Shown here: piece by piece, positions 23,680-36,000 of the stretch
Layout of the letters: every line of letters begins with the position of its first letter
Numbering within the stretch: position 1 is the stretch's first letter
NCBI GenBank assembly: GCA_000708835.1
Contig: DF237149.1
Span: forward strand, 62,001 to 126,000
Direction: 5' to 3'
DNA: 64,000 bases
Origin: Klebsormidium nitens
Lineage: Eukaryota; Plantae; Klebsormidiophyceae
Position numbers and translations under genes: made by a program
Notes under the pieces: model-generated
Seen by the model: only the letters and a program-made list of their open reading frames with translations
Database searches by the model: none
Told to the model about the DNA's origin: nothing

Positions 23680-26600
23680 ATGGCAGAATCAAATGGGTGG
23701 TTTTTCCAGGACGATGGAGCGTTCAAGGTAAGAACCAACCCCCTGACCAATAAGCAGTCCTAGCAGGAAGCTGCTTGAGAAGCGGATGTTTCACGGCAAA
23801 AGGTCAAATGCTGTCATGCTGTTTAACTAGAAAATATCTAGAAGCCAGTTTCACCAGGAGTTGTTGGTAAATTAGTCACAAGAACAAAGTATTCCTGGTC
23901 TTGCCTGAACGACTGCCTTCTCTGGTGGCCTGTAGTTGCCCCCATAGCCATACACTGAACTCATCGAACTTCCGCTCAATGTCTGCTGCGCCAAGCTTTT
24001 AGAAACCGAGGCTGGACCTTGAGGCAACCAATGCAAGTGCAAACTTTGGACTCCTTGGTTTCCAGTGCAGACTGATTGACATCAATAGGCGGACATGTCT
24101 GCTGTCGTGTCAATGTTACGCATGTACGGTTGATCAAGCATATGCAATATCACTCGGTATTGCAAACAGGGCTACATGCCCTCTTAGCAAAAGTATCGCT
24201 AGTGCAGCGCCAAATGCTGTTGATAGAGAGGTAAAAGGGCTACCGACAGTGCCGCCTTCAGCAGCAATATTGCACAGAGAAGCTGCTTTTTGGAATCCCT
24301 CTACAAGCGTGGCGGCTTGACCATAAAAGGAGCTGAATGATGCTTTGGCACGGCCCTTGTGTAATTACAACCCTGGGACATTGTGACAATGGCAATGGCG
24401 GGCCAGCTGATTCCAGCTGCATCTCATGGCGCATAACTAGACGAGAGCTCTGAGTCTCATTTCAAGAGCTCTATCCTTGATTTAATGCATATATATATTC
24501 TGATAAAGTTTCTAACCCTGCCAGGCCGGGACTTGGACCGGCGCAGCTGCTGTCCGGTGAGTGCCCATGGCACCAGTGACAGGCAGGCGGGATAAATGTT
24601 CACCGGTGGGTACCCGGCCATGACGGCGGCCGAGCTGGAGAAACGGCAAGCTAGCTGGAATGAGACCGCACACACATGTTGAGATTTAACTTTTAAGTTT
24701 TAAGCACAATTTCAGATCCGGAAGATGGAAAGGATGGATTTTGTCACGGTTCATTGCCATTGGCATTGGTGTTCGCCCTGTTGAAACACACTCTTGACGG
24801 CATTGGAATGGGAAGAGCTTTGGAGTTTGAAGCAATTCCGCAGTTCTCTCACTTTCTCACGTTCCTCTCGAAGATTTCTTAGCACGAGTAACCATATTGT
24901 CCTCGCCCTCTGAGATTGCAATCGTCTTCTGAGCTCCTGCTGGCGGTTGGCTGGGCAAAGCAGTTAGCAATACAAGCAGCAAGCTGGCAATGCACATGGC
25001 ATTGCTGCCAGAACCGGATCTTCCAGACAGATCCGTCAAGACTGCTGGTGGGGCCTTACAGCAGAGATCTCTGCATTTCCTTTCGTTCTGTCAACTTCCT
25101 GGGTGAATGTTCTAGTTGCTGGAGTGGCTTCGCTGCTGTGGTTGCTTGCATGTTGTTAGGGCTGCAGCAGTCAACTGCTTCATTTCAGCTCATGCACAGT
25201 ACCTCGGTCATACATTGCTTTTACCAGTTGGGATCTCTGTAAATACACTACTTCCTCCCTTGATTCCTCTCTGATTCGCTGACGCCTCAAAAGAATAGGA
25301 GCCTTCTCTCCCAAATTCTCAGGACTTGCAATGCAGGTCTACCAGCACCTGCGCATCTAAGTAAGTATCCATACGCATCTAAATGAAAAGGCCCAGCACT
25401 CAAATACTAGTGCTGAGAGAAGAACGAAACACTAGCCTCTTCTGGCAGGTCCCTTGCATCACTACCCACACACCGATCTCGAATCAATCAAGGAGGCAGC
25501 CCCGACCGTGCCCCCCGTCTCTCGATGGGGCCTCGCGCCCTCGTTTTGGGCCCACATTCCGCTCCTGGCCGCTGATGTCGAGGCGCTGCAAGAGGTGCCG
25601 GGAGTGCCAGGTAGGGGGCTCAGCTGCAACTGGTTCGTAAGGAATCGCTCGGGCTGTGTAGCATCTTTGCGTCCGCTCAAGCGATCTAATCGTCCGCTCG
25701 AGAGATCTCAATGGTTTGTGAGCACCGCAGAAGGGCTTTGCGCTTTTTGGTCAACGTGGACAGCGATTTCAACGTCGCCGGTTAGTTCACTCGCGCCATG
25801 GGCCCGTGAAAGGTGGACATGAGCCCTTCTCAGACCCTCTTTTGCTCCGTTTTCGTCGTGCACTGTCTTAGCCTGTTGCAGCCCACGCTGTTGGCCTGCA
25901 GCGTCCCGTTGCGGTCCTCCCCGTACCAGTGAGGAACTGTCAGGGACTCGCAACCAGGGTTTTGGCATCTGTATCCCACTAGGAATCTTTAGAGCCCAAG
26001 AAGCATAGTGGGCTGACCCGCTCGTGCAGGGCAGCAAACCGGTTGGGCACAAAAGCTGTTTTCGGAACGGTCTGGTGGCAGCACTTGACTGTCCTTTACG
26101 AGGTTCGATTGCCTGTTTGCTGTTAAGTTCGATGTGCTATTGGACCAAGGAGTTATGCTGAATCTTCTTGCCAATGCCGTCTTTGTCGCGCGCAGGCAGC
26201 TTTGCGCTGCGCGGGCAGCCCGTGCGGCGAGTGGAGGTGCTCGGGGTGGCGGTAGAAGTGGAGTGCCGCGACAAGTCTGCGCGCTGCATAGGTGAGTCTC
26301 ACAGAGCTAAAAGTATCGATGCCTCCGAATGGGAAAACGGCTCTCTTTTGAGAGGGTGCTGACAGAGGGTTGAGGTGTTGGCGGTTGCGTCGAAGTCGAG
26401 TGCCGCGACAAGTCAAGGCGCTGCGTAGGTGAGTTCCAACTTTTGAACATGACAGGGAAAGTGACCCTCTCTCGAACGATTCTGGCAGACCGTAAAGCTT
26501 TACTAGGAGTAGTATGGGTGCAAAGTGTAGCGGTTGAAGTGGAGCGCCGCGGCAAGGCCGCCGTACAGGTCAGTTCTATCAAGCCAAGAGCCGATGACTC

Positions 26601-28877
26601 TGGCCGGGAGGAAGGCCCTCTTTTGGATAGGCTACTGCAGAGGCTGGAGCCCCACTTAGATACGTTTAAGTTGAAGAGCCTCGTTTGAAGCCACGGAAGA
26701 ATGGCTACCGGGTGTCGGGGCCTGACTTATTTTGATAGAAAGAAAGGTCGCCAAAGGAAACACACGGGTATGAGTCTGGGTCAGAAGAACCGTGGAAAGT
26801 CAAGGTAACAGATCAGAGGGACGTTCGAAACGGGATGCGATACACACTCGCTGTAAGAGTTGCCTGACGGTGCCTGCATCTACACGTACCACTCTTACAT
26901 TTTTGAGGAAACTTGTTGAAACACTCGATTAACCGAAGGGGATTCTCTCAGTCCAGATCTGAAATTTAAAAACGAAGTCGTCACAGCATCGTTCCTGTAT
27001 TAAATGATGGCTGCGGACTGGTCCTGGCGATGCTGTGGCTAATCTCTTTTGTTAAAAAGGCCTACAAAGAAAGATGACAAGACAGAAGATCCTGGTCTCC
27101 TGGTTAGTGTCAGGCAGCCGCAGCCTCCGATTGCAGTGGATGACGGCTCCGGGTAGGTCCTGACGACTTGTTAACGGACAATTCTTGTCGCAAAGTCATA
27201 CCAGAAAATCCGACAAAAACAAAGTCAGCTGATATGTCAGATTCGTCACCGCATCCGCGACTGCAGTGGACGACGCACTGGGTCGATTCCGGCCAGTCTT
27301 TTGCCGATCTCTTGTTTTCCAATGATAGCAACTAATCGGTTGAACACAAGAGTTGCTCAGAAAATCAAGCAGATTCAGTGCAGTTGCGGTCCTCGATTGC
27401 AGCGCGCGACAGCACTGGGTTGCTCCCGCCGATACTGTGGCTGATGAGCTTTGTCACACTTCAGAACCAAAAATCCAACAAGGAAAAATCTAGATTCCTG
27501 AACAGAACTATCACCCTGTCCCCACGTTTGCAGTGGATGACGGCACAGGGTTGGTCCCGGCAATTCTGTGGCTACAGCCGAACGGCGCCAGCAGTGACGC
27601 CCCGGAAGACAGCCGGCATGCCGTAGCGGCAGGCGTTGAAACGGCGTTCGCAATTAAGGCTGCACACGAGGTGAGACGATTTCGGACGCCCGAAATAGGG
27701 CGGTCTTGGACATATCAACTATGTCTAGATCTTAAGTGGACGATCTTTTGAAAGTTTACTAACTCAGTAAGGCTATTTGTACCTACACTCGAGAAGAACA
27801 GCCACCGTCTGACGAGCACTTGAGATAAGGCAGTGGGACGGCGTGCTTGAAAATCCTGAGCTGTTGCACTCTTCAGCTTTAGCGACTCATGGGCACGGGT
27901 GTTCATTTTCCGTCTTTGCCTCTCTCATCACTTGGGTTTGTGATCGGCCATTGTCGACCATTGTTACGTCGACGGAACGATTTGCAACGTAGATCTCAAG
28001 CAAAGCAATCACGACGGAATCTGACACTTCAAAGGGCTGTGCAGACCATAGTCATCCACAAGCATAGGGCTATACCATCTTCGTCCTTGAAGATCGCCTA
28101 ACCCCGCTCTATGTGTACCTTGTTGCTTTTGTGCTGGGCCGGTAGTGGGTTCTGAAACATGAAGGCCTCGGAAGTTTGGCTCGGGTTTGACGTTTTCAGC
28201 TTTGTGTCTTCGCAGTTGCAGCTGGGGCGGCTAGTGCGGGTGCAAGGCCGAGTGACGCAATACCGGGGAGTGCGGCAAGTTACGGTCGACGCCTTGCGTA
28301 AGCCCGCTGAACCCTTGAATAAAATAACTCCAAAACCGCGTGTGCTGCAGCTTGGCAGCCTCCTCTTCTCATAATCCTCGAGTAGGCGCAAGAAGGGTGA
28401 TAGCAACAGTGACAAAAGAAAGAACTCCCAAATGTTTACGCTCCACAACGTAATTCACCCGAACCCCCTAGTAACGTCCTTGTGCTCCGATGTTACTCAA
28501 CCTAGCACAAGTTGAACCGATGGATGGTAGGGTGTTTTTACCTACTTGAGGCCGGAGGCTCTCGGAAAATGAGATTTTCGCTTGCACAAATCAGAAACAG
28601 CAGGCAAGTATCATGGGTCGTTGCTTGCACAAAGTAGAAACAGCAGGCAAGTATTTTCAGTCAAATTCTGAGCATCTTTTTGATTTTGCTGGACATTTGG
28701 TGAATGTTATAGCGGAACCGTCTGGCCGATTTCGGAACATAATACTGGTCAAGCAAAGAACTTACTAACCCCGTAACTCTTGCGTTTGCAGAAGTTGAGA
28801 ATAACCCGAACGCCGAAGTACTGCACTGGCTGGATTGCATTCGGATGAAGAAGCAATTGCGACAGCAACAGCTTTAG
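23680..28877 (+). CDS. STN1: CST complex subunit STN1 (OB fold, short plant-type form), about 226 aa, 8 exons
   Basis: Exons 23680-23727, 24525-24556, 25323-25360, 25449-25610, 26196-26291, 27534-27670, 28216-28297, 28792-28877 (681 nt, in phase). Motifs WGLAPSFWAHIPLLAADV, GQPVRRVEVLG, VDDGTGLVPAILW, LGRLVRVQGRVTQYRGVRQVTV, NPNAEVLHWLDCIRM. The first three small exons are less certain. Confidence 0.85.
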
Positions 28878-31351
28878 TAGCGCGGATTGAGATCTCTTTC
28901 CGAGCAGAAATGCTTGATCAATAAATGCGTCCAAGCCGGGCGCCCAGAAGCGAGCGGAGTGCACTTTACGTGCTCCGCTCACAACTGACGGCTGCTTGAA
29001 TCAATACAAAAGTGTTAGGTACGTTGAGGGTATCTGATTTGCTTGACGAGTTGTTTGTGAAGCAGGAAATGAAGAGTAAGGTTTAAAACAGCGTGAAAGA
29101 CGCTTGAGACAGCAGGTTAGACTGACCAAGGTGATCGTTTAATCTTTTTCATCAACTGGCTTTCCATACTTTTTAGCGCAACTAGGTTAGGCGTTTGGTC
29201 ACTTTGAACAGCATCGCCGTTAGGTTGAGCTGATACAATCCTGGCTAAGTAGGCGGGCACAAATTCAACGACGCAACTCGATCAGAGACAAGATATATGC
29301 GCACTTTAATGACGATGGCGGACCCAGCGCAAGTTTGGTGGTGAATAGAGGCAATGCAGTACGGCCGGACAAAATCCAGAATAGGTAGTGATGCAGCATG
29401 ACCCCCGATCGACCCGACCTCGCTAGGGTGACGGTGCACAACATGCAGGCAGGCTTGTTGCACCAGGTCAAGTTAGTGCTCGATTGTCGAGATTAAGGCT
29501 TGCAACTAATTGACTGATCAGTTAAATCAATTGGAATCAAATGCACGATGCGCTAATGGAATTGAAGACAAATCCGTAATAGTACTCGATGTTACTATTG
29601 CGTGATCGCTGCAAGCTACTCTCATGGTCTCCTTTTTATAGTGCACAGCTTAGTAGCCCCCTGGCGCATGGCGTGCCCATGAGGCCCCAGGCCGCATCCG
29701 TCATGTATTGACGATTGATACAACGTCGATAGTCGTTTATTAAACATGCATGTTTGTTTCTCGCGTGGCGGCTTCTAAGATTGAATGCACTATACGTCAT
29801 CATCATGGCATCAAACACAGCTGCATGTGACATGCACTCGAGATCGATTTGTGCTGCACGCGCCACTGTGCGCGGCTGGCATCAGATCTGATGCTCGCAC
29901 GTGCTAATGATGATGTGTACATGTTCAATCGATAGGTTCCTCAAGCTGATTGCCTGGCTTGCTGTCATCAATAGACCTGCAAGACATCGATCATGCACCA
30001 CGGTTGTAGATCAAAGGACTCGGTGCACCGCAAGTGCAACTTACTAATTAAGCACTAATTACTTTGCAGCTTAGAGTCCCTACAACTGCAAACTTACATA
30101 CTGTTTACAAAGGCAACCCTTCGTTGGCAAAGTAGCGTCTCAAATATCCAGTCGCCAATGTCTAGCTCGTTGCTGACCTTGCCATCTTAAGTGACGTCAA
30201 ACCGCGATTCTTGATTGCCAGCAAGGATCGGCAACGCGTGTTCTCTCCTGTGATCAAACCAGGCTTTCAAACAACGTGTTCGATGGTCCTTTTGCCCTCT
30301 TCTAGGCTGATAATTTAGGTGCCCTGTGCCAAGCAAAAGTGGCCTACCGCTGACTCTGTGCCAAAAAAGTGGCCTACCGCTTAGTCTACGCTAAATGACG
30401 TCCACGTGACACCATATTTATGCGCAAAACCACAATAAACCTGCTTTAAGACCGAACTATGACTCATCCTCTAGATATTAGCATACTCTCCTAATAACTA
30501 AAGACTGTCGCTCGTCTTCTCTACATACGACGTGCTAGCTTAGCGCTTTGCACCGCTGCCCCACCTGCACCACACTTAGAAAGTTCGTGGTCAGAGGCCA
30601 CGCACAAGATGCACGCAATAAGCACAACAAAGTGGCAATCAGCATGCACCGTCGCAAAAGGCATTCTCTCAAAGCATCTCATACTCCATTGCTAAAGAAG
30701 AAGCGAATCAGGTACGACGGTAACGGTCCCATCTAGCTTCTACAAGAACATCTTCACAATATGAGTATCACCTTTACAGGATTGAGTTACCCATGTTCTT
30801 ATTCAGTAAAGGTATGCCTAGTTTCAAAGACCGGGCTCCCCCGTGATGCTGCAAGTTTGCCTAGAAATGGCACGAGCTGACACATTGCCAATCGGACGGC
30901 TATTACGTTCTTGGATGGAACCTTTCTTTCCAGACTCGGCATCGGAAGTTAGTCACAACGAAAGTAGAACCGTTAGGAAAAGCGAAGGGAAGAAGGGCAC
31001 GTTACGAAGCGAAGAAGGTACAAGATATAAGAAGCAAGGGAACGGCGTGAAACAGGCCTGAAGAGTCGTCTGGGAAAGCTGGCTAAGCAGCAAGAGAGAA
31101 AGCGGGAAGAGAGGACGGAGGACGCAAAACGCAGACACCAAGCTGCTGATAGAATCCCCGCATCGCAAGGAAAGAGGACGAGCGGACTGAAGGCGAACGA
31201 ATGAGACTCCAAAGGAGAGCACAGACCTGAAACGAGCAAACCACGTAAGAGGAGCTACTTTGGGTTGTCGCTGTCTGAAGTCATCTGTTGTGACTCCCAA
31301 CAAAATAAGCAGCCTGAGACTAGGTCCAGGAACGCTCTTACCTCCAGCGGG

Positions 31352-33075
31352 CTAGGAGATGGCGACCGCGTCTGCGTCCATCTGTACCATCGCGTCGCCC
31401 TCCGCCTTCTCCTTCTCAATCTCGTCGGCCTCGGGCAGCTTGCGGCTCTCGTCGTCTTCCTCCCACAGCACGAAGCACGCGAGCGTGCGCGGGTCTTGCT
31501 TCTCGACAGCCAGCACGTAGGGGCGCGGGCAGCCTGGGGGCGGAACGGCGGAACGGTCAGCGAACTCAGCGGAATAACAATCGGACCCGTTATTTCCAGA
31601 GCACAAAGCACGGGAGCATGCGCGGGTCTTGTTTTTCGACAGCCAGCACGTAGGGGCGCGGGCAACCTGGGGGCGGAACAACGGAACAGGTGAGCGGAAT
31701 GTCAATGGAAGATCAGCGGAACGAGGTTGGACGCATTTATCGGACAGCAAGAAGCATGCGAGCGTGCGCGGGTCTCGTCTTCCACAGCCAGCACGTAGGG
31801 GCGCGGGCACCTTGGGGGCGGAACAGCGGAATAGAAGAGTGGAACACAGCGGAACAACAAACTGATCCGTGTTGTGAGCATGCGCAGGATTGAGATTCTT
31901 CGCAGGCAGCACGTAGGAGAAGTAATCATGCGAGCCAGAAACGACAAAGTGCGTCAGCGGAATATCAGCGGAAGGTCAGCGGAAGGAACGGTTCGGGTTC
32001 TTGCTGCAGCAATACGGGCGAAGGCAGAATTTCAATGGCCAGCGCGAGATCGCAAATAAGGTTTGACGGAAGGAGCGGAAAAGATAGACAGGTCCACGTA
32101 ATTGCCCGCATCCAGCAAATAGTGGCCGCAACCCAATTCCGCTCTCACCTTGGATGGTCCGGATGAGCGGATCGGCGCCGGACTTGAGCAGAACGCGCAC
32201 AATCCCCGACAGCTTGTTGCTGATTGCCACGTGGAGCGGCGTGAAGCCATACTGGTTGACCGCATTTACGTCGGCGCCCTTCTCGATCAGCAGCTTCACA
32301 GCATCCACGTTGCCGTTGCCCTGTGAAAGAGGCGACGTAAGCGCTTTAAAATTCAAATTGGACGGTTTAAGTTGGAAAGAAACACCTACGTCAGCGCCAT
32401 TCTTACTGACATGCCTCACGGCATCCCCTTCTGGAGGAAATGCTAAAGTTTCAACACTTCCAACATCACTCGTCAGACCCTACCCTTCCACAGCGAAGTG
32501 CAACACGAATGCCAAAAAAAATGTGGACCCCCAATCCATATGCAGACCAAATGCAGGTAACAGATTCTGAACACCTATCGCTCAGAGCAATCTCAAGACC
32601 CTAACCTACCTAGATGTGCTCTCCGGCGCCGCTCGTTCGACCATGCCTCCCGTGACAAAGCGCGACACGATTGCCACCCCATACACAGACCCTAAGCGTG
32701 ATAAAAAAGCTCAAAGAAATCCAACCCAAACTCAAAAGCGAATACAAACGCAAGACCATACCCAAAACTAAATCTCAAACCCGGATTCGAACGCAAACCC
32801 AAACCCAAAGCCAGACCCATACCCAAACCCGGATCCGAATGTAAACCCAGACCCAAACTCTGGGAACCAATTCAGATTCAACCCAAACTCTAGATTAACC
32901 CACTTGGATGTACTCTCCGGCGCTGCTCGTGAGACCCTCCCCTCCCGCAGCAAAGTGCAGCGCAGTGTCGCCCGTCTCGCTGCGGAAGTTGATGCGGGGC
33001 ATCGACCGGATAGACGCCAGGACTGGCTTCCAGGCTTCGGCGCCCTTGTCTGAGTTCGCCGCATTTCGGAAGGCA
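31352..33075 (-). CDS. Ankyrin-repeat C-terminal part of the fusion gene
   Basis: GDTALHFAA, GNVDAVKLLIEKGADVNAVNQYGFTPLHVAISNKLSGIVRVLLKSGADP, followed by an acidic tail and TAG at 31352. Confidence 0.9.
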
Positions 33076-36000
33076 CTGCAACGAAAGCCGAATGAGAGGC
33101 AGTATTTAGAGTTTGCCGGACCTTTGCGGGATTCTGGGGTTCTGGAAACCTGAATTTTCTTGTTGGGGAACGAACCAGCTGGAAAGCAGGACCGATTTCA
33201 ACGCCTCGGCGCCCTTGTCCGAATTGGCCGCATGGCGGAATGCGCTGCAAGAATGATGAACAAGAATGTGAGAACGTAAAAGTCAAGAGGTTATCAAACT
33301 TTCGCGAATTCTAGGGTATTGGGCGTTCTAGGGTTTTGGGGGCATAGCCTAATTGAGGCCGTCACAGGCTTCCGAGCCTCTCCGCCATCCCCAAATCCCC
33401 CGCGTTTTGCAAAAGGCGCTGCAAAGAGGAAAGGGCTGGGTCGGAGTCTGCCAAACTAGGGCGCAGCATGTAGACAATCTGTTTACTTTGTTATATTGAG
33501 TTTGGATGCGGGAACTATTTGAGTTGGGGGGCTCTAACTTTTTGAGGGCACAGACCAAGCGGAACCCAACACACGCTTCCAATGCTCGGGGCCGTTTCCC
33601 GACTTGGCTGCATTGCAGAAAGCGCGTACAGCCGAAGATCCGTCATCGCGGACCACCCCAGCTTCGGTGCTCGCGTCCAACTGCCGCGGCCGAGGGTTCA
33701 CACTAAAGGCTTAGCGTCTCTTCAAAACCAAGGATGCCCTCCAATACAGTAGAATCCGACTTAGGGTTCACGGATAGAGAAACCGTTGGAATTCGTGCTT
33801 GCGGATAGTGTTCACGGATAGAGAAACCGGTGGAATTCGTGCTTGCGGATAGTGTTGACAAATTTCATGAATTTTGATAAGACTGAGACCGGAAGGCCAA
33901 AACAAAGAACTTTAATCTACAAGTTGGCCCACCTGAGCAGCGCCGAGTGCAAGAGCCAGCCGGCTACGACCTTATCATAAACCTGAGTCGGTTTGCCTAA
34001 AACTTCGGCCAGTATCAACATCGCCCACCTGAGCAGTACAGATTGACACAAGCAAAAGTTCAAGCCCGTAGAACCACAAGTGTGTCAGGATGACCGCCCA
34101 CCTGAGCAGCGCTGAGTGCGAGAGCCACCCAGAGATGGCCCATGGCGTTGACACGAAACTGCTTCGTTCTTAAGGATTGTAAAACCCCAAAAACGATGGT
34201 CCCAAAAATGCCCACCAGATTGACACAGTTAGAAGTTCTGCCCCTGAAAGGAGTATAGTGTCAGGATGACCGCCCACCTGAGCAGCGCTGAGGGCGAGAG
34301 CCAGCCGGAGATGGCCATAGTGTTGACACAAAACAAGATTAAATCGGTTATCAAAACCTCGCTGTCAACAATGAGTGATACCGGCAGACTTCCGTGTCCT
34401 TCGAAAGATTTATAATTGAAGTAGTGTGATATCGACAGCCCACCTGAGCAGCGCTGAGGGCGAGAGCCAGCCGGAGATGGCCATGGCGTTGACAGAGAAC
34501 CCGGTTTTCAAAACCTGGCTGTCAATAATGAGTGATACCGGCAGACTTCCGTGTCCTTGAAAAGATTTATCTCTAACTAAAGTAGTGTCATCTTGACAGC
34601 CCACCTGAGCAGCGCCGAGTGCGAGAGCCAGCCGGAGATGGCCATGGCGTGCGCGAGCGCCTTGACCTTGACACTAATTTGGACTTTGCTTTACCCCCGG
34701 TGTCAAAACCGGCCACCAGATTGGCACTGGCAGACGTTTGTGCCCTGAAAATGGATGTGGTGTCAAGATAACCGCCCACCTGAGCAGCGCCGAATGCGAG
34801 AGCCAGCCGGAGATGGCCATGGCGTGCGCGAGCGCCTTGACCTTGAGGCGCCAGCGTTCTTTCCCGGTGACGCTAGACTTGACCTCCGCGAGAGTTGGGG
34901 CGGAAGGAAGCTTGGTGGCTTCCGTAGTCGCTTCGTCCGCAAAGCGCACGATGTCCTCGATGAGCGTCATGGCACCTACGCCGATCTTGCCTGAACAACG
35001 AGAAGTTTGCCTTCCGTAAGATTGGCTGGAAAAGAGGTAGTGAAACCAAGAATGGTGGGAGTGAAATGGAGAAAACGGTACTCAATTTCGTCGCTTCGGT
35101 GGTCGCCTCGTCGGCAAAGCGCACAAATTCATCCACGTCCTGGATTCATTTCACGGCACCCACGCCACTCTTGCTAAACGCGAAAAACGTTGCGTTCTGT
35201 AAGATCTTCACAAGCTCGTAAGAAGGGATCGTCATAAATCGGATGGAGGATAACTAACAATTGCTGTTCTAGCTTTCAAATGATTAAGGGCCGCCAAAGC
35301 AGGCTACCGAAAATAGGTGCGCTCTGCGTGGGCCCATAATCGTGGCGCCGAGCTCCGGGACGCATTTGAGATCCGCTAGTAACCCCAACACCACCTTTCA
35401 AAGAAACGCACGGTGCTGTCATGAAGGTCGCCAATCGAGTACGACCGCAGACTAGACTCCTCATCAGTCTTGTGTCAAAAGAAGGTTGAAAGCACTTACC
35501 GTTGGAGAGGCGCGCTTTGCGCGGGCCCATGACTGTGGCGCCCAATTCCGTGAGCGTTTTGAGGTTCCGCTGGCAGACGGGGCTGTCGAACATGATGGAG
35601 TTCATGGCGGGCGCGGCGATGAACGGCTTCCTGCAGCGGAAAACGGAACAGCGGAACGCTTGTGAGCAGTGGTAAAATGGACAGTGCATGTTCGAAAAGG
35701 GCGCTCCCGTGCCCTTCTTTTGGAGGAAGCTTTCGAAAGCAGGTGAAGGATTCTGGTTCCGGTGGCAGCATTGATGACCAGACAGACGCTTGGCTAAGGA
35801 ATGCGCTGACGACCTGGATTCAGCACCGCATCACCACTCGTCACTCTTGCCAAGGCCGGAACGAAGGAAGAAAGTGAAACGAGAGAGGGCCTCCACGATT
35901 GTCCAGACCGCATGCATTTGAAGCTGGCGCGAAGTATCCGTCATGCACAAATCCAGAGCAGTGAAAAGCGTACTGGAGAAGGAACCAGGAGCGGCATCTG

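Noticed and set aside
28952-28980. Small hairpin gagcggagtgcac-ttta-cgtgctccgctc after the STN1 stop
   Set aside because: A single short stem is expected by chance in GC-rich DNA, and there is no other support.
32700-32900. Interstitial telomeric repeat
   Set aside because: Units are too heterogeneous (aaaccc, gaccca, ggatcc) to call telomeric.
33920-34780. CRISPR-like repeat-spacer array
   Set aside because: Repeats are degenerate copies of an exon end, spacers are variable and themselves duplicated, the context is a eukaryotic intron, and no cas genes are present.
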